Assembly (NCBI GenBank): GCA_963708105.1
Contig: OY970186.1
Span: forward strand, 462,659 to 526,658
Direction of reading: 5' to 3'
DNA: 64,000 bases
Source: an uncultured Actinomycetes bacterium
GTDB lineage: Bacteria; Actinomycetota; Acidimicrobiia; IMCC26256; PALSA-610
The stretch's first letter is position 1, and the number at the start of each line of letters is the position of its first letter. The position numbers and the translations under genes were made by a program. Below are positions 10,013-19,205 of this stretch, piece after piece. The notes beneath the pieces are model-generated. The model ran no database searches. It was not told where the DNA came from and was given only the letters and a program-made list of their open reading frames with translations.

Positions 10013-13000
10013 GCGTCGCCTCCCACGTCTTTTCCAGTGAGCTCCTTCAGAAACAGGTTTACCTCGGGCTCGACGTCACGGAGCGAGCGATTCGCTCGAA
10101 ACTTGCGCTCATCTTCAGACGCGAAGTCGCGCTCGAGGATCTCGCGTAGAAGCGGACGTACCTGCGGAAGCTCATACCGCTGGTATTGGACATCGACACC
10201 GACGTCGTGTAGGTCACTGACGACCTTGTGCCAAGAATCGAGCAAATCGACTAGCCGGCTCCGCACGCTATGCAGCCGTTCCTTTCGCTCGTCTTCGTCC
10301 GCGAAAGGTTGTTGTTGAACACGCGCCGCGAAGGCGTCCAACACGGTTGCCTCGAGCATCGAACGAACCGCGTCGATACGCTCAACGCCGCGAGGCGGAG
10401 TCATCTCCGGCATGGCATGACGCGCGAGCGCGACCGCTGCACCAGCCAATCCGCGATCCAGCGCGCGCGCCGAAAACGGCGTGACGCTCGCGACCTCGAC
10501 CGACCGATAGAAGGTGTCGTGGTACTGCCGAAACCGTTCGTAGTGCGAACGGTCACGCGGCTTGTGAAAGTTCAGCAGCGTCACGACAAGTCCCGGGCGC
10601 TTGTCGTCTCGTCCCACACGGCTCGTTGCTTGGATGTATTCGGCGTGTGTCTTGGGTTGACCCAGAACCACCATGAGTCCAAGGCGTTGAATATCGAGAC
10701 CGACCGAGATCATGTTGGTCGCTATCGCGCAGTCGACCCGGTCCCTCTCATCCGCGCCCACTTCGAGTCGGCGACGCGCCTCGGCCACCTTGTCCGTGGA
10801 GACCCTCGACGTCAGCTCAACGATCTCGGAGAAGGTTTTGCGATCGCGAAAGAGGCCAGTTTGTTCGCCGATTCGCTTGCGGCCGCCGTACGCCTTGATC
10901 GTGTTCTGAACCTCTTCCTCGAGGATCCGGCGCGCACCACCAAGCTCGCGGAGACTGTTGAAGTAACCGAGCACAGTCATGTAGGGATCTGCGGGATTCG
11001 TCTCGTTGTTGTGTCCGCCGGCGTCGCGGTAGGCCCGTTCTGCCGCACCCATGAGGGCGAGTACGACGCGCCGCATCATCACCTTCGGGTTGCGCCCCTG
11101 AGAGGCAACGCCGAGGTAAATACGGGAAGGAACCTCGGACGCAGCACGGGTTCGGGCGAAGAAGGAGTCGCGCCGATCGGGTCCGGGTGCCGGAAAGATC
11201 TGAGTCTGCGGCCGGGCGAAGAGCGCTTGGATCTGCTCCTGCGCGCGCCTGACCGTGGCGGTCGAGGCGACAATCTTCGGCCGAACAACGGTGCCGTCGA
11301 TAGGTCGAGCGCACAGCGCTTCGATCGCCGTCTCGTACAACCCGGCCATGGTCCCAAGCGGGCCGGAGATGAGATGCAACTCGTCTTGGATCACAAGGTC
11401 TGGTGGCGGGAGTGGCTCGAAGAGGCGCTTGCCTTGGCCGGGTTCAGCCGCGCCGTAGAAACCCTTTGCGTCATGGCGCACTGCACCTCCCAGCAACACG
11501 CCTGACGGACCGACCCACGGCAGCGAGGCAAACTTGTCGACAGTTGCAATCAAGAACGATGGGAGGCGGCGATACAGCGGCTCGTCGACCGCCACAATCG
11601 GAAGTGGTCGGTCGCGCGTGAAATCGCACTGATAATTCGCGCACACGACTCGCAACTCTCGTGGTTGATCGTCGTTCGGACTCAATGAGAACGAACTCGA
11701 TTCGAACCGGGTGCCGCACCAAGGGCAGCTCTCTAGCGGTATCGGGGAGGGATTGCCCTTCGGGTTCGTCTTGTAGCGGATCGTCTTGATTCGCGCCGAG
11801 TCAGAACGGCCATCCCCCTTGCGACCCATGATGTTCGGCGTACCGGCTTTCCCAACCCACAGCCCGATCTCGAATGGCCACGCGCCGTAACGATCCACAG
11901 CCTTCTCACGTTCGAGTTCGAGGGCGCAGACCAAACCCGCCGCACGGCCGAGTTGATCGAGCGTGAGCAAACGCAGCGTGTATCGCATGATCACGCTTAC
12001 GCCCGCGCCACCGAAACCATCGCTTTCGGCGTGCCGGAGTCGCCGAAACACCATCGCAAACGCGGCAAGGCCCAGATATGCCTCCGTCTTTCCGCCACCC
12101 GTCGGAAAGAACAGCAGATCGACCGTCTCGCGGTTCGGATCATTCGGATCTGCCAGCCCGGGCAGGTTGAGGAGAATGAAAGCCAGCTGGAACGATCGCC
12201 ACTTTGGCTCAGCGATCTCTAGGCGGTACTCCAACGCGCGACCGACGGCGCGATTGGCCATTCGAAAGGCATCGAGCGCATCCGCGTTCTCCGCAAGCAC
12301 CTCGATGCCGGCCTCGATGCGGCTCGCCGCAACGCTCGCCAGATTCACCAGTTGCAGCGCGGTCTCCCGACGACCGTCTGACAGCTGTTCCGCATCCGCA
12401 CGCTGTTGATCTATCCACGAGCGATACTGCGCGACAATCGGTTGCAAGGCTGAACGCGCGACCGAGCCATCGCCGAGGTTGCCAAGCACTCTCATGTCGA
12501 CCTGGACATCCGGAACCGCGACTGTCTCGGTCTTTTCTACTTCCGCGCTCGGAATCCACGCCGTTCGGAGGGTTCGACAGGAGCCGTCTGCGAGATCCCA
12601 CTCCGCGGATACTCCGTGTCCAACGGCAAACTCCGGGCTGGCGGCGTAGTGCAGGTCGGCAACTCGCTCGTCCCAATCGGCGGCGCGGGCGCCGCGAAGG
12701 TCGGGCCACGCGACGAAGCCCGTCGCAGAAGTCACCTCGATCTCCGGTTGAAACACATACGCGAGATCACGATCCTCGTCGCCTTCTCCCGGAGAGCGGC
12801 TGTTGACAAGGAATGTAGATACCGAACGTGTGCCCGGAGGGATCTGGCCGTCGAAATCCACGCCGGCGATCTCTCGCTCCACCACATGGAGCTGAAGCCC
12901 ATCCGAGCCCGGAACATCGAGGACGCGCAGATCAGGCAATCGGCGCAGCTCCACCTCGACGACCGCGTCGCGTGGAAACCGCTGCCACACGTTGGTCGGC

Positions 13001-13398
13001 TCGCCGTCGACCTCGGCCTCCGCGCGTTCGTATACGCCCCAGGTCACGTGGACGATCATTAGGTCGGTGTCGGCCGCGACGAGGAAGCTCAAGCCCATCG
13101 ATGAGGGGAAGTACGCCTTCTTCGCTGCGCGCCGGTCATCGTTCGATTCCTCCGCTAGCCCACCGGACGCGGGGACCTCGCCCTCCATGTCGTCATCGTC
13201 CGCGTCGTCGCCGCGCCGATCGGGAGCCGAGCCAGTCGGAATCAGAAATCCGGTCAAGTACCACACCGACGGGCGTATCCAACCAGGGAGCTGTTCGTCG
13301 GCGTAAGCGTGACTCGGCCACGGACCGACGAGGTCAAGGCGAAGGGCGTCAACTAATCGTTCGCGAACCTCGAAGGACGACAGCGTCGAAGCACTCAC
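10009..13398 (-). CDS. drmA: DISARM DrmA, a superfamily-2 DEAH-like helicase.
   Basis: 'LLFFPTGGGKTEAYLGLAAF' (motif I), 'VIQDELHLISGPLGT' (motif II), 'ASTATVRRA' (motif III) and 'GLDIQRLGLMVVLGQPKTHAEYIQATSRVGR' (motifs V/VI). Intact 1129-aa ORF. GTGA overlap with the upstream gene. Confidence 0.85.
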   Translation of the reverse strand: MSASTLSSFEVRERLVDALRLDLVGPWPSHAYADEQLPGWIRPSVWYLTGFLIPTGSAPDRRGDDADDDDMEGEVPASGGLAEESNDDRRAAKKAYFPSSMGLSFLVAADTDLMIVHVTWGVYERAEAEVDGEPTNVWQRFPRDAVVEVELRRLPDLRVLDVPGSDGLQLHVVEREIAGVDFDGQIPPGTRSVSTFLVNSRSPGEGDEDRDLAYVFQPEIEVTSATGFVAWPDLRGARAADWDERVADLHYAASPEFAVGHGVSAEWDLADGSCRTLRTAWIPSAEVEKTETVAVPDVQVDMRVLGNLGDGSVARSALQPIVAQYRSWIDQQRADAEQLSDGRRETALQLVNLASVAASRIEAGIEVLAENADALDAFRMANRAVGRALEYRLEIAEPKWRSFQLAFILLNLPGLADPNDPNRETVDLLFFPTGGGKTEAYLGLAAFAMVFRRLRHAESDGFGGAGVSVIMRYTLRLLTLDQLGRAAGLVCALELEREKAVDRYGAWPFEIGLWVGKAGTPNIMGRKGDGRSDSARIKTIRYKTNPKGNPSPIPLESCPWCGTRFESSSFSLSPNDDQPRELRVVCANYQCDFTRDRPLPIVAVDEPLYRRLPSFLIATVDKFASLPWVGPSGVLLGGAVRHDAKGFYGAAEPGQGKRLFEPLPPPDLVIQDELHLISGPLGTMAGLYETAIEALCARPIDGTVVRPKIVASTATVRRAQEQIQALFARPQTQIFPAPGPDRRDSFFARTRAASEVPSRIYLGVASQGRNPKVMMRRVVLALMGAAERAYRDAGGHNNETNPADPYMTVLGYFNSLRELGGARRILEEEVQNTIKAYGGRKRIGEQTGLFRDRKTFSEIVELTSRVSTDKVAEARRRLEVGADERDRVDCAIATNMISVGLDIQRLGLMVVLGQPKTHAEYIQATSRVGRDDKRPGLVVTLLNFHKPRDRSHYERFRQYHDTFYRSVEVASVTPFSARALDRGLAGAAVALARHAMPEMTPPRGVERIDAVRSMLEATVLDAFAARVQQQPFADEDERKERLHSVRSRLVDLLDSWHKVVSDLHDVGVDVQYQRYELPQVRPLLREILERDFASEDERKFRANRSLRDVEPEVNLFLKELTGKDVGGDA

Positions 13399-15248
13399 GT
13401 CGCCGCCTCCGCGTCCAGACGCGCCGGGTTCCAGATTTCTTCGGCCAGACGCCGGTAGAGCTCCTGACGTTGGTCGAGATCTGCCTTGCGGAAATCAGCG
13501 TGGGCAGCGAAGGGCAGATCGTGATCAGCAATCAGCCTTCGAAAGCCGGGATTGCGTTCGTACGCCTGCTCGTGAAGGCTCTGCGCGAGCAGATTTTGTT
13601 CGAGGTAGTGCTTGCGCTTCTTGCCGTACTCGAGATCGCCATAGCTCGCGTTGAAGCTCTTCGGGAGCAGCAAGAGACCACCAATTCGGTTGCGGTACTC
13701 ACCGAATTCGCTCTGGTGCGCGAACTCGTCGGTGTGGCGCTCTGGGTGGTTGGCCCAGATGTGTTCAATCTCGTAGCCGATACGACCTCGCTTCGCGTAC
13801 TCGACGTACCGCGACGCCTGACCGGACTCCGTCTCGATGTAGTCCGTGATTCGGGCGAGCATGCGATGCACTTGACGGCCGTTTGCTCCGTGAAGTCGGA
13901 AGGCCTCGTTGGCTGAGAACGGAGTCTCCGTATCCGCTTCGAGTCGACCGCGCAACACTGCTACTACCTCGTCGACGGAGCGGGCACGTATGTCGCGAGT
14001 GACCAGGAACATCGCGTACTGCATCGTTGAGTAGTCGATCGCCCGGAAGTTCCAGATCCGGCGGTTGATCAGGATGTCGAGGTAGGCGGCGACAACCCGA
14101 AGCTTGCGTCGCGCCGTTTCCTCCGTGTCCGCGATGCTGAGCGGAGCCAAGAGCGCTGCGTATTGCAGTGTGAAGTTGTGTTGCGCGTTGAAATACACGC
14201 GCTCGAGACCCGGCTCAAGTGTGCCGGCCGCCTTGCGCAGCCGTTCATACCAGGTCGCATAGAACGCAAAATCTCGTTCGATGAAGCGGGCAAACTCTGT
14301 GCTTGATGTCAGACCGAGTCGGTCCTGATGATCACGCACCCAGCGGTGGAACTCAGTTCCGATGAGATCGAAGTCCTCCGGTACTGCACCGCGCCGACGC
14401 TCGCGAATGCTTTCGGCGTATTGACTCCGCAGCCACGACTTGATCGCGTCAGCGTCCTCGTCCTTGCCGACATTCATCAGTGCCTGGACTCGCTCGCGCC
14501 AGACCTGCCCCGAGCGGACTCGCTGCTCACCGTCGGAGATATTTGCGAGGAGGTAGCCCTTGAGCATGTCGGCCGGGGTGAGTGACAGCCCACGATCGTT
14601 CATCGTCTCGAAGATCGTGTAGGCGTCGCTGTCGGAGTACGCCGTGATCTCGACGAGGTGAACGTTCTCTACGAGCCAATCGACGAAGAAAGGAAGCGCT
14701 TCTGCCCGAAGCTCCTCTGGGAATAGCTCACGCAGGTCCCCGTATCGCTCGAGGATGTTCGCCACCGACTCCGACGGGTTGGGGTCGGCAAATTCCTCGC
14801 CGCGATACAGCGACTCCATGCAGTCGGTACGATCAGGGACATCAAGGTTGAACGATCGCTTGCCGTACCTCTGCGAGAAGACGAGGTCGCTGATCTGACC
14901 TCGCTGTTCTGAGTCGTCGAGAAGCTGGTGAACGAAAATAAGCAGCAAGGTCAGCGTGGTCAGCCGCTGTTGACCGTCGATGATGAACTTCTCGCCGTCC
15001 TTGTCGCTAACGATCACGGACCCGAGGAAGTAGTGCCCATACTCCGCGACATCGCTGCGATCGTTCCCTGCGTCATGACTTGCAAGGAACTTGTCCGCAA
15101 GATCATCGATTAGTTCGGCGACCTGCTTACGCTCCCACTTGTACTCGCGCTGGTAGTAGTCAATGGAGTACTTGCGGCCACCTAAGAGCTCACGAATGGT
15201 ACGGCCCTTGCCGTCAATCTCGCGCGAGGTTCGCGCCACATCGGCCAT
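13395..15248 (-). CDS. DUF262/DUF1524 protein, GmrSD/BrxU-like putative type IV (modification-dependent) restriction nuclease, embedded in the DISARM operon.
   Basis: N-terminal DUF262: 'YSIDYYQREYKWERKQVAELIDDL' and 'FIIDGQQRLTTLTLLL' (DGQQR motif). C-terminal DUF1524 His-Me finger: 'GYEIEHIWANHPERH...LLLLPKSFNASYG'. Intact 617-aa ORF. It overlaps both neighbours: TGATG at 15246-15250 and GTGA at 13395-13398. Confidence 0.85.
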   Translation of the reverse strand: MADVARTSREIDGKGRTIRELLGGRKYSIDYYQREYKWERKQVAELIDDLADKFLASHDAGNDRSDVAEYGHYFLGSVIVSDKDGEKFIIDGQQRLTTLTLLLIFVHQLLDDSEQRGQISDLVFSQRYGKRSFNLDVPDRTDCMESLYRGEEFADPNPSESVANILERYGDLRELFPEELRAEALPFFVDWLVENVHLVEITAYSDSDAYTIFETMNDRGLSLTPADMLKGYLLANISDGEQRVRSGQVWRERVQALMNVGKDEDADAIKSWLRSQYAESIRERRRGAVPEDFDLIGTEFHRWVRDHQDRLGLTSSTEFARFIERDFAFYATWYERLRKAAGTLEPGLERVYFNAQHNFTLQYAALLAPLSIADTEETARRKLRVVAAYLDILINRRIWNFRAIDYSTMQYAMFLVTRDIRARSVDEVVAVLRGRLEADTETPFSANEAFRLHGANGRQVHRMLARITDYIETESGQASRYVEYAKRGRIGYEIEHIWANHPERHTDEFAHQSEFGEYRNRIGGLLLLPKSFNASYGDLEYGKKRKHYLEQNLLAQSLHEQAYERNPGFRRLIADHDLPFAAHADFRKADLDQRQELYRRLAEEIWNPARLDAEAAT

Positions 15249-18200
15249 CAGAGCATTGCCTCCGTGTTCGTTGTCTTCGCCTTCGTGCGGCGCGGCGCGC
15301 TGGCGTGCGCGGCCGACGCTCCCAATCTCGTTTCGTCTGCAGCGCGCAAGGCGTTCAGCTCAAGGAGCCGGGCGAGTACTTCGTCGCGCACCTCATCAGG
15401 CCAGCGGTATCGCCACGGCTTCCTCCTCACACCGACCGCTTCGTCATCCTCGAAATCGAGCAAAAAGACGCAACCTGTTGGTACATCATGCCAGCCGTAC
15501 GCATCGAGAACCTCCCGGTCAACCGCCTCGTGCAGTTCACGAAGCCTCAGTATCGACGGATCGCGTTCCTCTGGGTCATGGAACCGGTTGTAGGTCGTCG
15601 TCAAGCCGTCGCTCTCGACGAGCATGAGTCCGCTCCGAAACTCATCTAAGAGAGCGCCGACCGACCCGATGTCAGCACGCTCGTGCCATCGGTCGGGAAA
15701 CGGGAACGTCTCAAAGCAATCTGATGGTGCGTATACCGGGTCATCTTTCATAGTCGAGCCGAAGGTCCGCGCCCAGACCTCATGAACCCGGCTCTGTAGC
15801 GAACCGAGAGCGGCGTGGTTGTCGAAGGGAAACACAATCAACTTGTGGCTGAAGACGGCACCTGCTGGCAAGAGACAGAACGCGCCGGTACGACTGGTCT
15901 GCGAAATGACAATCACTCGTTCTAATCCGCGCGCCGCGTCTGCAAGGCCAGCTGCCGGTCGCGCAAACATCCACCACCTCGCAGGGTTCACGATCGATGC
16001 TTGGTGCTCGCGATCCGGTCGTACTCTTTGTTCGACGATCTCGAGCAACCTCGGCCAGTTTCTACGACACTCCTCCAGCGGTCGCTCGCCGAAGTTGATG
16101 ACGTAGCGATGCGGTTCCTGAGTCGGGCTGGTGTTGACCTCGTTGCCACCTATGTAGGGGAAGATCACCTCGGCGTTTCGCGGATTCTCTTCGATTAGTC
16201 GCTGCATCTCGGCGATTGAGCTCGCAACGCCCTTCGTATCCGAGTCGTCGAACGTGAAGCCCATTCCGAGCACATAACTACCCACGAAGCTCTTGCCCGT
16301 ATTGGCCGAGAGGCGAGCCGGGTCGTCATTCCCTCCGCGGTGAAAGAGAAACGCAGTGATGACCTCTACCTCGCGCCCGTCGAGGAACCTCGCGCTCACG
16401 TAGTCGCCTTTCATGACATGCACGACGCTGACGACAACCGCTGCGAGGCCAGGCCATTTCAGGCGCCTGCGCGCTGAATAGATCTCACCACCGTTTGTGC
16501 AGATCCATCTCAGCCCGCTCGACCGAGTATCACCCTGCGCGATTGTGTTCGTCGCGATCAGGCCGAACGTCCCGCCAGGTCGGATGAGATTAAACGCTCG
16601 CCGATAGAAGTGCGCGACGACGTCCGCGTTGCCGTGGGTTCCGGCATGGAGATCCTTCAACCACTCGGTGTAACGATCGACATTGCCAGCGGAGATCGTG
16701 TTCTTGCCTCCAAAGGGAGGGTTGCCGACGATCGCGTCAAAGCCGCTGGGAACGCGTTCGAAGACCTCGGGAAACTCGATAGGCCAGTGGAAGGGCGCGA
16801 GCGGAGGTACGTCGTGACGGCGGCCATCGAGCCAGCCGCGAAGCTCCTCCGCACTGCCGTCAAGGACGGCTCGAGCGTAGGCGACTCGCTGAGATTCGCG
16901 ACTCTTCGGCTTAGGACCATCGAAGTACGCGGCGACGACCAGGTCGCCGTAGAGGCGAACCTTGTCAAGCTCGTGTTGAGTATCTCGCCAGAGCCCATCC
17001 AGCTCCCAATCAGCAATCGTTTCGTCGGCGTCGCGGATCTGCCCGCGCAGGTCGTTGATGGTCGAGACGTGGTCACGGATCTGCATCGTTTCGAGACCCG
17101 CCTCGAACGTCTGCGCGTCGCCGGACCAATGGAATGACTCGAGTTGGCGGGTGGAGAGGCCCACCAGTGAGTCGCCATGGCGGAGCGCATGATCCACGAA
17201 AGTCAGAGCGTGCTCGCGTGCGAGAGTGACGAGCCAGAGCGAAACCTTCGCGAGATCGACCGCGACCGGGTTTCGGTCGACACCGTAGAGGCAACGCTGG
17301 GCGACGAGGCGGCGCGCGAACACGATGGCGTCTTCGTCGGGCGGGATCGTCGGCTCGGCGTCGTGATCCTGCCACGCACGAACCAGCGCATCTCCGAGTT
17401 GGCGGCATGCTTCGACAAGGAACGCGCCGGAACCCATCGCCGGATCGCACACCTTGAGGTCGAGGATTTGGTCAGGGCGAATGCGACCGTCTGCCTCGAT
17501 TCGAAGGCGATCTAGAATCGGTTCCAGCGTGATACGCACGATCGGCTCGGTTAGCGATCGCGGCGTGTAGTGGGATCCAGAACGCCGACGTTCCTCGCTC
17601 GGTTGCAACACCATTGCGCCCGGAGGCACCAAATCAGGCGAGGCTGCCCTGTCGGCGACGGCATCGAGCGCGGCGTGCAACTCCTCGATGCTCGACGCCG
17701 ATTTGACAACCTGTTTGATCTTGTCGCCGATCTTTCGATCGGCGCGGTCGCGGAACCACTTTTCTCGCTTGGCGCTGGGCTCGCCGAGGAGTCGGTCGAG
17801 GTCAATCGTCGTCGGGGCTCCGTGGCGCTTTTGCGGACGTATCGCGATCGACCGTCCCGTCGCGATCTCGAGCCGGAAGCCCATCATTGTTTCGTACACG
17901 GAGCCGATCTGCTCGACATCCAACGCTCGATAGGAGATCCGTTCACCGTCGAGCACAAGGAGGTCTTCGAGCGCGCGGAATATCGTGCCGTCGGGGACGA
18001 GGGGCGGCTCGATCCGTTCGAATATCTGGCGTGCGCCAGAGCCGTGGCGGCCCTCCAGGAATGGGAACCGGTCGGGATCGAAGAGAACTCCATGACGGCG
18101 CGGGAGGTGGAGGGCTCCCGCTTCGGCACCGTCGTGGATCAGCCGAAAGAGCACAAGGAGCTGAGCCCACGCGCCAAACCGCTGGTCCATCGTGTCCGGG

Positions 18201-19202
18201 AAAAGTGCGGCATCTTCACGGAGTCGCGTGTAGAGCCCTGCGAGCGAATAGTGCTGCGTGAACACGTCATTGCCCGGGAGCATCGCCCGTTCTTCCGAAT
18301 AGAGGAGGAAGACCAAGCGGAGAATCACGGTGAGCAGCGAGCGGTAAACCTCGTCCGGGTCATCGCGGAGTTCGTCGCGAAGCAACTCGCCTTTCGACGC
18401 ATCGTGAGCAGCTTGGAAGCCGCGAAGCAACTCGTACAGGGCATGCAGCACTTGTTCGGCGAGCCGCTCGCTGACCTCGTTTTGGAAGCTGCGACTATCG
18501 TCGAGTAGCGCCGTAAGGCGCTCGGCACGTGGCAATGCAAGCAGTCGCTGTTGACCGAGCAGCAGGCGAAGCGCGGTAGAGATCGGGCGGCCCGCGGTCT
18601 GGGTCATGTCGGCAACATGGAAGTCAAGCCACCCTGAGCTCTCACCCCGCGGGGCGGAGATCAACCGCAGCGTTGAACCGTTGCAGAGCAATCCCGCCGA
18701 AACGTCGGTGTCGCGAAGGAGTCTTTCCATGCGACTGTGGGGCGATGCTTCCAGACCGTGGCCGTCCTGCAGTGCCGTGTCCAAGTCGACGCCGGCGCCT
18801 AGTACGCAAACGAGGAGTTGCCAGGCCGGCCTTCCAGCGAGGGGCTCGAGCTCACGTACTGCGTAGTCCGGCCTGAGCGTCTCGCCGTATTCAGGAAGCA
18901 CGACCTCGAGCTCGGGCGGGATCGGAGTGTCGGCTGTTCCGGCGTAACCCTTGGATGCGAAGTCCCAGTCGAGAGCCGTCTCGGCGAACGAACGGAAATC
19001 GGCGATGATCGGTTCGGGTTCGGCATTTGGCCGCAGGACGCGCTCCTCCGTCGCGGCGCGCAGCAGCCGTTGCCCTTGGGCGTCGTTGCGATCCAGAATC
19101 GCGCCGGCCCGCGAGAGCTGGGGCCGAGAACACGAGCCCGGTTGGCCGTACGTATCCGAGCCATTCGAGGTGCGCCAGGATGTGGGGATCGACCTTCGCC
19201 AT
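15248..19202 (-). CDS. drmMI: DISARM DrmMI, a large gamma-class N6-adenine DNA methyltransferase (Eco57I/PglX-like). One apparent frameshift near the 5' end.
   Basis: 'GSHYTPRSLTEPIV', motif I 'VCDPAMGSGAFLVEA', 'LYGVDRNPVAVDLAKVSLWL' and motif IV 'IVGNPPFGGKNT'. The likely true start is ATG 19202 ('MAKVDPHILAHLEWLGYVRPTGLVFSAP'). That frame joins the long ORF's frame ('QLSRAGAILDRNDAQ') at about 19100-19135. Confidence 0.8.
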
Positions 19203-19205
19203 GAC

